64,000 nucleotides of DNA, from contig CAVWGN010000001.1 of assembly GCA_963754655.1 (NCBI GenBank), positions 512,001-576,000 on the forward strand, written 5' to 3'. The translations under genes were made by a program, and so were the position numbers. Positions 9,638-19,485 of the stretch are shown here, one piece after another. The DNA comes from an uncultured Chlamydiae bacterium (GTDB lineage: Bacteria; Chlamydiota; Chlamydiia; Chlamydiales; Parachlamydiaceae). The notes under the pieces were generated by a model. It did not search any database and had not been told where the DNA came from. It was given only the letters and a program-made list of their open reading frames with translations. Within the stretch, counting starts at the first letter, position 1, and each line of letters opens with the position of its first letter.

Positions 9638-11887
9638 ATGCTAAACTCTGTGCGTTTCTTTCTAATATTTATGATGGGATGGATGCTGCCCTTTCAAGTA
9701 TCAGCAATGATAGGCGGCTCCTCGCATGTTAGAGTAGAGCTTATTCAAGAGGAAGAGACTATCCAGGCTAGCCGTCCTTTTTGGGTCGCCCTTCGTTTAA
9801 ATTTAGAGGATAACTGGCATGTTTACTGGAAAAATCCTGGGGATGCTGGAATTCCGCTCAAAGTAGAATGGAAATTACCTGATGGCTTTGAGGCAGGTCC
9901 GTTGCAATGGCCTTTCCCTGAAAAATTTACGGTGGCTGATATGGTAGGATTTGGCTATAATGGAGAAGTCATTCTTTTAAGCCAAGTCACTCCGCCAGCG
10001 CACATGAATCCCCAGGCTAAAATGGATATGCAAGCTCAAGTCAAATGGCTTGTTTGCTCTTCACTGACTTGCCAGCCTGGTTCTGCGACTGCGACTCTAC
10101 CTTTAATGGTTTCTGCCGAGCAGCCTCATATAAGATCAGAATTTGCTGCAGTTTTTGAAGAGGCCCGTGCCAAAATTCCTCAGACACATGTAGAAGTCAA
10201 AACCATTCGTAAACAAGGAATTGTTCAACTTGAAGTTCCGCAAGAAATGACGGGATCTCAAGCAGAGACGATTCGTGGTGTCTATTTCTTTCCTGAGCAT
10301 AAAGATGTCATTGATCCTTCTTTTGAACCTATTGTTGCCTCAAGTACGAGTGAATCCAACCGCTATCTAGTCAATCTTAAGGGAAGCGATGAAATTGGAG
10401 CTGCAAGCCAATATTTAAAGGGAGTGCTAGTGCTGCACAAACAGAATGGCGCGCGCGAGAGTGTTCAGGCCTTTGATATCGATTGTCCTATTGAACAAGA
10501 AGGCGATCAAAATGTCTTAAGTTTACTTTCTTCTACGCCCTCTTCTCCTTTGGCAATTGGCAATCCAACAATAAAATCCAATTCTTCCTCGTTGACTTTT
10601 GAAGGAGGAATAGGACTTGCTTTGGTTTTTGCCTTTATGGGTGGGATGCTTTTGAATTTAATGCCCTGCGTTTTGCCTGTCATTTCTTTTAAAGTCATGA
10701 GTTTTGTGAAAATGGCGGGACAAAGCCGTTCTTTAACTCTGAAACATGGATTGATGTTTTCTTTAGGTGTGATCTTGTCCTTTTGGCTACTGGCTTCGGC
10801 TATGCTCATGCTGCGTGCTTATGGACAAGCAGTGGGCTGGGGATTCCAATTACAAGAACCTCTTTTCGTTGTCATCTTGGCCTCGGTGCTCTTTGTCTTT
10901 GCCTTGAGCTTATTTGGTCTCTTTGAGTGGGGAATGTTTTTTGCCTCATGGGCAGGGCAGACACAAGTTGAAACGTCACAAAAATCTTCTAGTTATACGG
11001 GTTCCTTTTTGAGTGGTGTCTTAGCTACAGCTGTTGCCACTCCTTGTACAGGCCCATTTTTAGGTTCGGCTGTCGGATTTGCTGTTACTCTACCCGTTTT
11101 TCAAGCCCTTTTAATTTTTACCTCTTTGGGATTGGGAATGTGCTTTCCCTATCTTCTCTTATCTGCATTTCCCTCTTACTTACGCTTTATGCCAAAACCG
11201 GGCGCTTGGATGGAGACTTTTAAGCAATTGATGGGCTTTATTCTCCTTGCCACTGTGCTTTGGTTGATGTGGGTGTTTAGTGCGCAAACCGATGCTTTTT
11301 CCTTGATTTGCCTGCTTGCTGGTTTCCTCTGTTTCTCAATAGGAGGTTGGATTTATGGCAGAGGCTGTTCGCTTGTTGCCACGCGTAAAAAGCGCATTTT
11401 TGCCTCTCTTTTAGTCATTTTGTTTGCTTTTGTGGGAGGAGAAGCCATTTTGTTTCCACGTGCGTCCTGGTATAGTCAAGATTCAGGATCCTCCCATGCA
11501 AAATCTTCTAAAGATCATTGGGAAGGATGGGAAGATTTTTCGCCAGAGCGGTTGGCGCAACTCAGGAGTGAAGGTAAACCAGTTTTTATTGATTTCACGG
11601 CAAAGTGGTGTTTAATCTGTCAGGCCAACCACCTCGTCTTATCTTCTGATTACGTAAGAAAGCAATTGGATGATTCAGGTGTTGTAAAGATGAAAGCGGA
11701 TTGGACGAAAAGTGATCCCATCATTACTCAAGCGTTAAGCACATTTGGTCGTAATAGCGTCCCTTTATACGTGCTTTATGGAAACAATGAGAAGCAAGAA
11801 CCTCTGATTTTACCTCAAGTTTTGACTCCAGACGTTGTAGCGGATCATCTCAACAAGGCGATTTCGGAAGAAATTGCTTTAAAATAA
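9638..11887 (+). CDS. dsbD: Thiol:disulfide interchange protein DsbD
   Basis: WHVYWKNPGDAG N-domain, TM Cys motifs MPCVLP and TPCTGP, thioredoxin WCLIC. Start set at ATG 9638 after AAGGAG. Confidence 0.93.
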   Translation: MLNSVRFFLIFMMGWMLPFQVSAMIGGSSHVRVELIQEEETIQASRPFWVALRLNLEDNWHVYWKNPGDAGIPLKVEWKLPDGFEAGPLQWPFPEKFTVADMVGFGYNGEVILLSQVTPPAHMNPQAKMDMQAQVKWLVCSSLTCQPGSATATLPLMVSAEQPHIRSEFAAVFEEARAKIPQTHVEVKTIRKQGIVQLEVPQEMTGSQAETIRGVYFFPEHKDVIDPSFEPIVASSTSESNRYLVNLKGSDEIGAASQYLKGVLVLHKQNGARESVQAFDIDCPIEQEGDQNVLSLLSSTPSSPLAIGNPTIKSNSSSLTFEGGIGLALVFAFMGGMLLNLMPCVLPVISFKVMSFVKMAGQSRSLTLKHGLMFSLGVILSFWLLASAMLMLRAYGQAVGWGFQLQEPLFVVILASVLFVFALSLFGLFEWGMFFASWAGQTQVETSQKSSSYTGSFLSGVLATAVATPCTGPFLGSAVGFAVTLPVFQALLIFTSLGLGMCFPYLLLSAFPSYLRFMPKPGAWMETFKQLMGFILLATVLWLMWVFSAQTDAFSLICLLAGFLCFSIGGWIYGRGCSLVATRKKRIFASLLVILFAFVGGEAILFPRASWYSQDSGSSHAKSSKDHWEGWEDFSPERLAQLRSEGKPVFIDFTAKWCLICQANHLVLSSDYVRKQLDDSGVVKMKADWTKSDPIITQALSTFGRNSVPLYVLYGNNEKQEPLILPQVLTPDVVADHLNKAISEEIALK

Positions 11888-11896
11888 AATATCAGG

Positions 11897-12691
11897 ATGC
11901 CACGCGTGTTAATCGATTCGCATGCTCATTTGACTAGTCCCTCTGTTTTTGATCATCTCAATTCTGTCTTGGAAAGAGCTCAGCAAGCGGAAGTAAAGGC
12001 AATTGTCAACATTTGCACTGATCCCCTATCTTTGGAGCGAGGCCTTTCCCTTTCTCAACGCTGCCCATGGATCTATCAAGCTGCTGCTACGACTCCTCAT
12101 GATGTGGAAAAAGAGGGGGAGCAGGTTTTTGAGATCATGGCTGCCAGTGCTCGTCAGGGGCTGTTAAAAGCCGTTGGAGAAACAGGCCTCGATTATTATT
12201 ATGAACATTCCAATCCTGCAATTCAAAAGCAATTTTTGCGGCGCTATCTTCAGTTGGCGCTGGAATGTCAGCTTCCAGTCATTATTCATTGTCGAGAGGC
12301 TTTCAGCGATCTTTTCGAAATTCTCGATGCCGACTATCAAATCAATGGGCGCCATGCACCAGGAGTCTTACATTGCTTTACAGGCACAATGGCTGAAGCC
12401 GAAGAAGTCATTAAAAGGGGATGGATGCTTTCTTTAAGTGGAATTGTGACGTTTAAAAAAAGTATCGAGCTGCAAGAAGTGGCGCGAAACATTCCTCTTA
12501 CGCAATTGTTGATTGAAACAGACACTCCTTACTTGGCTCCTCAAAAGCATCGCGGTAAGCAAAACGAACCCGCTTTTTTAGCCGAAACAGCTCAGTTTAT
12601 TGCCTCTTTAAAGCAAATTCCTTTTGAGGAGCTAGCAATGATAACGGCGCAGAATGCATGCCAGTTGTTCAAACTTCCTCTCTTGGCCTGA
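11897..12691 (+). CDS. tatD: TatD-family deoxyribonuclease
   Basis: Motifs DSHAHL, VGETGLDYY, IHCREA, LHCFTG, ETDTPYLAP. Confidence 0.96.
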   Translation: MPRVLIDSHAHLTSPSVFDHLNSVLERAQQAEVKAIVNICTDPLSLERGLSLSQRCPWIYQAAATTPHDVEKEGEQVFEIMAASARQGLLKAVGETGLDYYYEHSNPAIQKQFLRRYLQLALECQLPVIIHCREAFSDLFEILDADYQINGRHAPGVLHCFTGTMAEAEEVIKRGWMLSLSGIVTFKKSIELQEVARNIPLTQLLIETDTPYLAPQKHRGKQNEPAFLAETAQFIASLKQIPFEELAMITAQNACQLFKLPLLA

Positions 12692-12710
12692 TGCCTAATG
12701 GCTAACACCT

Positions 12711-13991
12711 CTAGAAGAGATAGCGAGCTTCCACCCAAACTCTTTCCCCATCTTTATCATGAGAGCTATGAACTTGCATAATTTCAATTACGCCCTTTGC
12801 TTGAAGCGCATCTATTGCTTCTCTAATCCAAACAACGTAGTCATCAATCAATAAAATTGTTTCTTTATTAGCTAACTTTTGGCAATTAAGAATGTCTTGA
12901 GTACAAGAATCATAAGAATGATTGCCATCAATATAAATCAAGTCGAATGTTTGGTTAGGAAACATCTCAGTATATTCAGGAATTGTTAGTGCGGAATCCC
13001 CTTTGATGAATTCAAATTTCTTCTTGTATTTGCGAGAGAGATATTCTACAGCTACAGGAGTATAGGCATGCCAGCAAATATCGAAAGAGGCAAACTGTTT
13101 GAGATTTTTGCAACACTGAAAGAAATTCTCAGCACTATGCCCTCCATTAAGACCAATTTCCAAAATGCTTTCAATATTTGGGTAATGAGAAAGGAGCGTT
13201 TTAATTTGTTCTTTTTGCGTCTGACTCATATATCCTTCATTATTACTCGAGTGAACAGGGGAAAGTTGGAATCCATAATAACTAAGATATTGATCCAATG
13301 TCACTAAATGACGGTCATTTAGAACAAGTGGAAAATAATTATCAAATAAATAGTTTAATTTTCCCTTTTGATCAGCAAAATGAAGAAGAAAATCTCCTGG
13401 TTGATAGGTAGAAGTTAATGAAGAAATTTTTTCAATAGAATAGGAATTAAATACTCTTTGAGGAAAAATTTTGGTATGTGAGCCAAATTCTGGTTGTTGC
13501 AGTTCTGCAGCAATTGACATTTGTTCTGGCCATATGTGAGAAAGAAATTCTGTATGTCCATAAGCTTGAGTTAAAAGTTTTTGACTCCACTCAGAGTTTC
13601 TAATGAAAAATACTCCCGTATTAATTCCATTCCAATCCTTAGCAATAAGAAAATGATATTTTTCATCAATCAAATCTTCTAGAGGAATGTCTTGATTCAT
13701 GATTAATGTATCAGCATCCAACCATACAACCCATTTATAATTAGGATTTTCAAATGTTTTCAGAACCAAAAGAATTTTACTCCAATAAATATGACGAGAA
13801 AGATCAAGAGATTCTTCGCAATAAATAAAATCATATCCATGTCGTTGGCAATAGGCTCGCTTATTTTCTACTCCTAGTCTCACAGATTTTTGATAATCCT
13901 CGCCATAAGCGATAGTGACAACAGCAATATCACTTGCGGAGAGAAATGTTGTATATAAGAGAAAAAAAAGGCTCCAAAGAAATTTTCTCAT
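12711..13991 (-). CDS. GT34 (GMA12/MNN10-like) glycosyltransferase fused to a class I SAM methyltransferase
   Basis: N-domain YCQRHGY, WSKI, WLDAD, INTGVFFIRNSEWS, WPEQ. C-domain LEIGLNGGHS, IKGDS, FDLIYIDGNHSY, LLIDD. Signal peptide. Confidence 0.8.
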   Translation of the reverse strand: MRKFLWSLFFLLYTTFLSASDIAVVTIAYGEDYQKSVRLGVENKRAYCQRHGYDFIYCEESLDLSRHIYWSKILLVLKTFENPNYKWVVWLDADTLIMNQDIPLEDLIDEKYHFLIAKDWNGINTGVFFIRNSEWSQKLLTQAYGHTEFLSHIWPEQMSIAAELQQPEFGSHTKIFPQRVFNSYSIEKISSLTSTYQPGDFLLHFADQKGKLNYLFDNYFPLVLNDRHLVTLDQYLSYYGFQLSPVHSSNNEGYMSQTQKEQIKTLLSHYPNIESILEIGLNGGHSAENFFQCCKNLKQFASFDICWHAYTPVAVEYLSRKYKKKFEFIKGDSALTIPEYTEMFPNQTFDLIYIDGNHSYDSCTQDILNCQKLANKETILLIDDYVVWIREAIDALQAKGVIEIMQVHSSHDKDGERVWVEARYLF

Positions 13992-14212
13992 TAGGATTAT
14001 CTCACTTGTTTAGGTTAGGTATTTATCATTAAATAAAGAGTATTAAAATTTTTTTGCAAATAAATTCAAAAGGCTAAAATCAATGTTGTTAACCGAGTGA
14101 GTTATTTCAAGAAATTGATACTCTTTTTATTTGTAAAATTCGCTTGGTCTCTTTATGTTGAAATTAGTTCTTTAAAAACAAGAATTGGTTTTAACATTCA
14201 AACATTGATCTT

Positions 14213-15175
14213 ATGGCTTATTCCTATCCAGCCTCTCCTATTCCACGTGCGTTTATTTGGCGGCGTGCTCATTCCTTGACTGGCTTATGGCTGGTGCTTT
14301 TTTTATTTGAACACTTGCTCACAAATTCGCAAGCCGCTCTTTTTATTGGAGACAATGGACAAGGCTTTGTCAGTGCGGTCAACTCTATAAAAGATCTTCC
14401 TTATTTGCCCGTCATTGAAATCTTTTTGTTAGGAGTTCCTTTTCTCATTCATGGTTTATGGGGCATTCGTTATTTATTAACAGCAGAATATAATTCTATT
14501 CCCTCCGACGGCTCCTCTCCTTCTTTGCCTCAGTATAGGCGCAATCATGCTTACACTTGGCAGCGCATCACTTCTTGGATTTTGCTCGTGGGAATTCTGG
14601 CTCATGTCATTCACATGCGCTTTGTCGAATATCCCACTTCAGCTCAACTTGGTGCCCAGCACCTCTACATCAGTCGAGTGGAAGCAGATGATGGACTTTA
14701 TACTCTTTCCACGCGTTTAGGCTTTGAGATTTATAATCAAAAAAACATTCAAGAAAGAAAGCAAGATATTTTGTCACAACCGAAAATCCAAGTGCAGCAA
14801 AATAGCAAGCCTCAAGAACTGATTGCAGCTCAAAAACAACGTGAAGAGGATGCTTGGCTGGTAGCTGTAGAAAAATGGCCTTTGCAAAAAAATCAGCTCC
14901 TTGCTGTCTCTCCTTCTTTTGGTGTTGCAGAACTGTTGCTGGTGCGCGACACTTTTAAGAATCCCACTATGATCCTTCTTTATACAGGTCTTGTGTTAGC
15001 CACTTGCTTTCATGCTTTTAATGGATTATGGACATTTATGATTACGTGGGGAGTCACATTAACTGCTCGATCTCAGCAAGTCATGCGTTCTTTGGCAACT
15101 GCTTTAATGGTACTAGTGACTTTTTTAGGCTTAGCGGCTATTTGGGGAACCTACTGGTTTAACTTAACACATTGA
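14213..15175 (+). CDS. sdhC: Succinate dehydrogenase cytochrome b558 subunit
   Basis: Heme-ligand His motifs RRAHSLTG, FEHLLTNS, WQRITS, FHAFNGLWTF. Precedes sdhA. Confidence 0.93.
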   Translation: MAYSYPASPIPRAFIWRRAHSLTGLWLVLFLFEHLLTNSQAALFIGDNGQGFVSAVNSIKDLPYLPVIEIFLLGVPFLIHGLWGIRYLLTAEYNSIPSDGSSPSLPQYRRNHAYTWQRITSWILLVGILAHVIHMRFVEYPTSAQLGAQHLYISRVEADDGLYTLSTRLGFEIYNQKNIQERKQDILSQPKIQVQQNSKPQELIAAQKQREEDAWLVAVEKWPLQKNQLLAVSPSFGVAELLLVRDTFKNPTMILLYTGLVLATCFHAFNGLWTFMITWGVTLTARSQQVMRSLATALMVLVTFLGLAAIWGTYWFNLTH

Positions 15176-15187
15176 AATGAAGACACG

Positions 15188-17086
15188 ATGACCTACGGTA
15201 AAAAAAAGAAAGAGATTATTGTCGTTGGAGGAGGCCTTGCAGGGCTATCTGCCGCCATGCGACTGGCTGAAAATGGATGTTATGTCAAAGTGGTGTCTGT
15301 CACAAAAGTCAAACGTTCACACTCTGTTTGTGCTCAAGGTGGCATTAATGCTGCTATCAATCTCAAAGGCGAGGAAGACTCTCCTCTTATTCACGCCTAT
15401 GACACTATTAAAGGAGGCGATTTTTTAGCCAATCAGCCCCCTGTTCTTGAAATGTGTCTGGCCGCGCCCCATATCATTAATATGATGGATCGACTCGGCT
15501 GTCCTTTTAATCGAACGCCAGAAGGAAATTTGGATTTTCGTCGTTTTGGCGGAACTTTATATAATCGTACTGCATTTTGTGGGGCTTCAACAGGTCAACA
15601 GTTATTGTATGCTTTAGATGAACAAGTCCGAAAATATGAAGTAATGGGACGTGTGGAAAAGTTTGAAGCACACGAATTTATGCGTTTGGTTCTCGATGAA
15701 CAGGGTGTAGCTCGTGGCATTGTCATTATGGACTTGTTCAACATGAAATTAAGCGTTCTTAAAGCTGATGCAGTTGTCGTGGCCACAGGTGGAATAGGGG
15801 TCATTTTCAAAAAATCAACGAATTCTACGTTTTGCACAGGAGCCGCTAATGGGCGTCTTTTCAAACAAGGAATGCAGTATGCCAATGGAGAATTTATTCA
15901 AGTTCATCCCACAGCCATCCCCGGAATTGATAAATTGCGCTTGATCTCAGAATCGGTACGTGGAGAAGGAGGGCGCGTGTGGGTTTATGGTGATTCTTCT
16001 AAAACAATTGAAACTTCGGATGAGAGAAGAATTCTCTGTGGGAAAACGGGAGAGCCTTGGTATTTTTTAGAAGAACTTTATCCAGCTCTTGGCAATCTTA
16101 TTCCACGCGATATAGCATCGCGCGAAATTCTCAGAATTTGCGAAATGGGTCTTGGCGTCGATGGGGAGATGCAAGTGTACCTTGACGTCACGCACTTGCC
16201 ACATGCCCAGCAAGAAAAGCTGCACTCTGTCTTGGATATCTACCAAAAATTTACGGGTGAAGATCCAAGAAAAGTTCCCATGCGCATTTTCCCTGCTATG
16301 CACTATACCATGGGAGGTGCTTGGGTCGATTGGCCTGCTGCAGATGATCCTGACCGTTGGACAAGATATCGTCAAATGACCAATTTGCCTGGATGCTTTA
16401 GTATTGGGGAAGCAGATTATCAATACCACGGTGCCAATCGACTTGGAGCCAATGCTCTGCTGGCTTGCATTTTTAGCGGATTAGTTGCAGGGCAGGAAGT
16501 TCCGCGCTATATTGATGACTTGACCTCCTCTTATCATGAAACACCTTCAAAGGTTTACGAACAAGCCATTCAATTAGAAGAAGAACTTAAGCGTGACCTT
16601 TTAACTCGCAATGGATCGGAAAATATTCATCAACTGCATGATGAAATGGCTTACTGGATGATGTGTCATGTGATGGTGAAGCGGAATAACCGAGACCTAC
16701 AAGAGACTCTAAATAAATTGAAAGAGCTGCGCGAACGCTATAAATCCATCTCTCTAGATGATCGCGGTCAATTTGCCAATCAAACCTATGTATTTGCTAA
16801 TGAATTCGGCCCCATGCTCGAGTTAGCTATGGTTATCACTAAAGGGGCTTTACTGCGTAATGAATTTCGGGGCGCGCACTTCAAACCCGAATTTCCAAAG
16901 CGCGATGATGAACAATGGCTGAAAACGACGATTGCAACCTATGATCTTAATGGAAATGAACCTCTGATTTCTTACCAACCAGTCGATTTGCGTCATTTGA
17001 AGCCAAGTTTGCGTGATTATTCCCAAGCTAAAAAAGTAAAACCGACTTTAGAAAATATCCCGGTTAACCTGACATTGCCGGTTTAA
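15188..17086 (+). CDS. sdhA: Succinate dehydrogenase flavoprotein subunit
   Basis: Motifs VGGGLAG, RSHSVCAQGGINA, QVHPT, HYTMGG, HGANRLGAN. Confidence 0.98.
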   Translation: MTYGKKKKEIIVVGGGLAGLSAAMRLAENGCYVKVVSVTKVKRSHSVCAQGGINAAINLKGEEDSPLIHAYDTIKGGDFLANQPPVLEMCLAAPHIINMMDRLGCPFNRTPEGNLDFRRFGGTLYNRTAFCGASTGQQLLYALDEQVRKYEVMGRVEKFEAHEFMRLVLDEQGVARGIVIMDLFNMKLSVLKADAVVVATGGIGVIFKKSTNSTFCTGAANGRLFKQGMQYANGEFIQVHPTAIPGIDKLRLISESVRGEGGRVWVYGDSSKTIETSDERRILCGKTGEPWYFLEELYPALGNLIPRDIASREILRICEMGLGVDGEMQVYLDVTHLPHAQQEKLHSVLDIYQKFTGEDPRKVPMRIFPAMHYTMGGAWVDWPAADDPDRWTRYRQMTNLPGCFSIGEADYQYHGANRLGANALLACIFSGLVAGQEVPRYIDDLTSSYHETPSKVYEQAIQLEEELKRDLLTRNGSENIHQLHDEMAYWMMCHVMVKRNNRDLQETLNKLKELRERYKSISLDDRGQFANQTYVFANEFGPMLELAMVITKGALLRNEFRGAHFKPEFPKRDDEQWLKTTIATYDLNGNEPLISYQPVDLRHLKPSLRDYSQAKKVKPTLENIPVNLTLPV

Positions 17087-17092
17087 ATCTTC

Positions 17093-17152
17093 TCCTTCTG
17101 ATCCATTTGATCGCTTTTGGTTGTCCAAAAGCGATCAAATGGATCAGAAGGA
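17093..17152. promoter_or_regulatory. Perfect 28-bp-stem hairpin in the sdhA-sdhB spacer
   Basis: TCCTTCTGATCCATTTGATCGCTTTTGG-TTGT-CCAAAAGCGATCAAATGGATCAGAAGGA. No following U-tract. Function inferred only. Confidence 0.6.
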
Positions 17153-17169
17153 ATACAAAGAGGAAAGTT

Positions 17170-17943
17170 ATGCCAGATAGTTATGTCCTCAGAATTTTCC
17201 GTGGCCATCCTGGTCATCAATATTGGGAGGAATTTGAGCTCGAGCTCTTGCCTTTTGCTAATGTCATTTCCTCTTTAATGGAAATTCAACGACGCCCTAT
17301 TAATCGCCTAGGAGAAAAAGTGACCCCTGTCGTATGGGAATCTGGATGTCTAGAAGAAGTTTGCGGTTCTTGTTCCATGCTCATCAATGGCTATCCGCGT
17401 CAAGCCTGTACCGCGCTTATTGACAATTTAGTAAAAGCAACAGGAGAGTCTATCATTCGGGTTGCCCCTTTAACCAAATTTCCTCTCGTTCGTGATTTAA
17501 TTGTTGACCGCAGCCGCATGTTTGAAGATCTCAAGCGTGTTCATGGATGGATTGATGTTGGCAGTACATTTAATAATCAAGAGCCTGGTCCAAAAATTTC
17601 TCCCGAAAAGCAAAAAGTCATGTATCATCTTTCGACTTGCATGACGTGTGGATGCTGCTTAGAAGCTTGCCCTCAAGTCAATGATCATTCCGCTTTTATT
17701 GGGCCAGCAGCTGTCTCTCAAGCGCGGCTTTTCAATGCGAATCCTGTAGGCTATACGCAGCGATCCACGCGTTTGCATCCCTTGATGCAAGAAGGGGGAA
17801 TCAGCGATTGTGGGAATAATCAAAATTGCGTCAAGGTGTGCCCCAGAAATATCCCTTTGACAGACTCTATCGCTGCCATTAGCCGTGACGTGACCTTGCA
17901 AGCTCTAAATGACTTATTTAGCTTTCCCGATCGAGAAGATTGA
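17170..17943 (+). CDS. sdhB: Succinate dehydrogenase iron-sulfur subunit
   Basis: Cys motifs CLEEVCGSC, CMTCGCCLEACP, CGNNQNCVKVCP. Start at ATG 17170 after AGAGGA. Confidence 0.97.
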   Translation: MPDSYVLRIFRGHPGHQYWEEFELELLPFANVISSLMEIQRRPINRLGEKVTPVVWESGCLEEVCGSCSMLINGYPRQACTALIDNLVKATGESIIRVAPLTKFPLVRDLIVDRSRMFEDLKRVHGWIDVGSTFNNQEPGPKISPEKQKVMYHLSTCMTCGCCLEACPQVNDHSAFIGPAAVSQARLFNANPVGYTQRSTRLHPLMQEGGISDCGNNQNCVKVCPRNIPLTDSIAAISRDVTLQALNDLFSFPDRED

Positions 17944-18010
17944 CAAAGAATCAATCAATTGACTATAAGGCCGTGTGATTCTTATCACATTTTATCATTG
18001 TTGGTTCATC

Positions 18011-18952
18011 ATGCGAACTTATCTTTGGAAAGAAATTTTGCTATTTTCTGCGCTTTTTTTTGCCATTGCCTTTACTGCTATCAAATTTTTTACAAAAGAA
18101 AATTACAAGTATCAATTGTCGGTATTAGCCATTTTTCAAAATGAAGATCGTTTTTTAAAAGAGTGGTTAGATTTTTATCGCGTTTTAGGTGTTGAACACT
18201 TTTATCTATTCAATAATTTAAGTGAAGATAACTATCTTGAAGTTCTACGTCCTTATATTCAATCTGGAATTGTAGAGCTTTATGATTGGCCTTATGTGAA
18301 TCAGCCTGGAAGTGAAGCAGATTGGACAAAAATTCAGTCGGCTGCTTACCGTCAAGGGCTTGACTTTGCAAAGGGGCAATCCAAGTGGGTGGCTATTTTA
18401 GATACAGATGAATTCATGTTTCCCAAGCAGAAAGAAAACCTTGTTGATTTTTTAAAAGACTATGAAGAATGTAGTGCAATATTGGTGAATTGGCAATTGT
18501 TTGGCACTTCGCACGTTTCGCGCATTCCTGATAACCAATTGATGATAGAAACGCTTATGATGCAAACGCCAATTCAATCAGATGTGAATACCTATTGTAA
18601 AAGCATTGTACGTCCTGAAAAAGTGAAATATTGCTGCGAGCCTCATTACGCAATTCATTATCCGTGGAGCTATTCAGTTGATCCCAATAAAAGAATTTTT
18701 ATATGGGAATTTCATCAATCACGCCCTATCAATATCGATAAAATCCGTATTAATCATTATTGGTCTAGAGATGAAGAATTTTTTTATACCAATAAGCTTG
18801 CGCGTTATGAAAATTGGGGGAAAAAGCAAGATTGTATAGAATGTAACGAAGCGGCCAATCAATTAGTTAACAAAGAAATTTTTTTTTGGGTTCCTCGCAT
18901 TTATCAATTGCAAAAAAATGATCCCATTTATCCTTCTCTATCATCATCTTGA
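18011..18952 (+). CDS. Glycosyltransferase family 92/GT2-like protein with N-terminal anchor
   Basis: Motifs AIFQNEDRFLKEW, GVEHFYLFNN, WVAILDTDEF, KSIVRP, RINHYWSRD. Confidence 0.82.
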   Translation: MRTYLWKEILLFSALFFAIAFTAIKFFTKENYKYQLSVLAIFQNEDRFLKEWLDFYRVLGVEHFYLFNNLSEDNYLEVLRPYIQSGIVELYDWPYVNQPGSEADWTKIQSAAYRQGLDFAKGQSKWVAILDTDEFMFPKQKENLVDFLKDYEECSAILVNWQLFGTSHVSRIPDNQLMIETLMMQTPIQSDVNTYCKSIVRPEKVKYCCEPHYAIHYPWSYSVDPNKRIFIWEFHQSRPINIDKIRINHYWSRDEEFFYTNKLARYENWGKKQDCIECNEAANQLVNKEIFFWVPRIYQLQKNDPIYPSLSSS

Positions 18953-18958
18953 GGTTCT

Positions 18959-19174
18959 ATGCGAAAAATAGGTTATCTTGCTTTAAGTCTTTATTTATTA
19001 TTGGTAGGCTTATTATCTCTTATTCCAAATTTAATTGTTCCCAGCGGATTCATGACTGTATTAGTTTTAATTGCTAGCTTTGGAATTTTTCTTGATACTT
19101 GTATTCCAGCCAAAAAATACGAAAAAAAAGCGAATATGAATGCAAGACCAAGAAATCTCAATAACACCTATTAG
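18959..19174 (+). CDS. Small two-TM membrane protein of unknown function
   Basis: GAGG RBS, two hydrophobic segments, 6 bp downstream of the GT92 gene. Confidence 0.6.
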   Translation: MRKIGYLALSLYLLLVGLLSLIPNLIVPSGFMTVLVLIASFGIFLDTCIPAKKYEKKANMNARPRNLNNTY

Positions 19175-19212
19175 TAATTGAAAAACTCCATCTTAATCCT
19201 CATTCGTGCTTA

Positions 19213-19378
19213 GAGTTTATATTTTTAGCAGATCGATAAGAAATGGTAGGGCGGCGGTAGCCACTTGCAGTGGGAAGCCCCGCATTCCGTTCGCAAGCTC
19301 GCTTCATACGGGGCTTCCCACTGAAAGCGGCTACCGCCGCCCTACCATTTCTTATCGATCTGCTAAAAATATAAACTC
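19213..19378. repeat. 166-bp palindrome with GTAG-REP-like core (family H)
   Basis: GAGTTTATATTTTTAGCAGATCGATAAGAAATGGTAGGGCGGCGGTAGCC...GGCTACCGCCGCCCTACCATTTCTTATCGATCTGCTAAAAATATAAACTC. Confidence 0.9.
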
Positions 19379-19485
19379 CCAGATTTAATCACACACCCGT
19401 TACATGGTTTAAGAAAATTTCATTCAATGAATTCTTTCCATTTGTGTATACTTTGAGGAAATCCTCAATTTTGGATCATTTCAAG

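Noticed and set aside
17107..17169. N-terminal extension of SdhB from TTG 17107
   Set aside because: It starts inside the hairpin. ATG 17170 has an RBS and gives a normal N-terminus.
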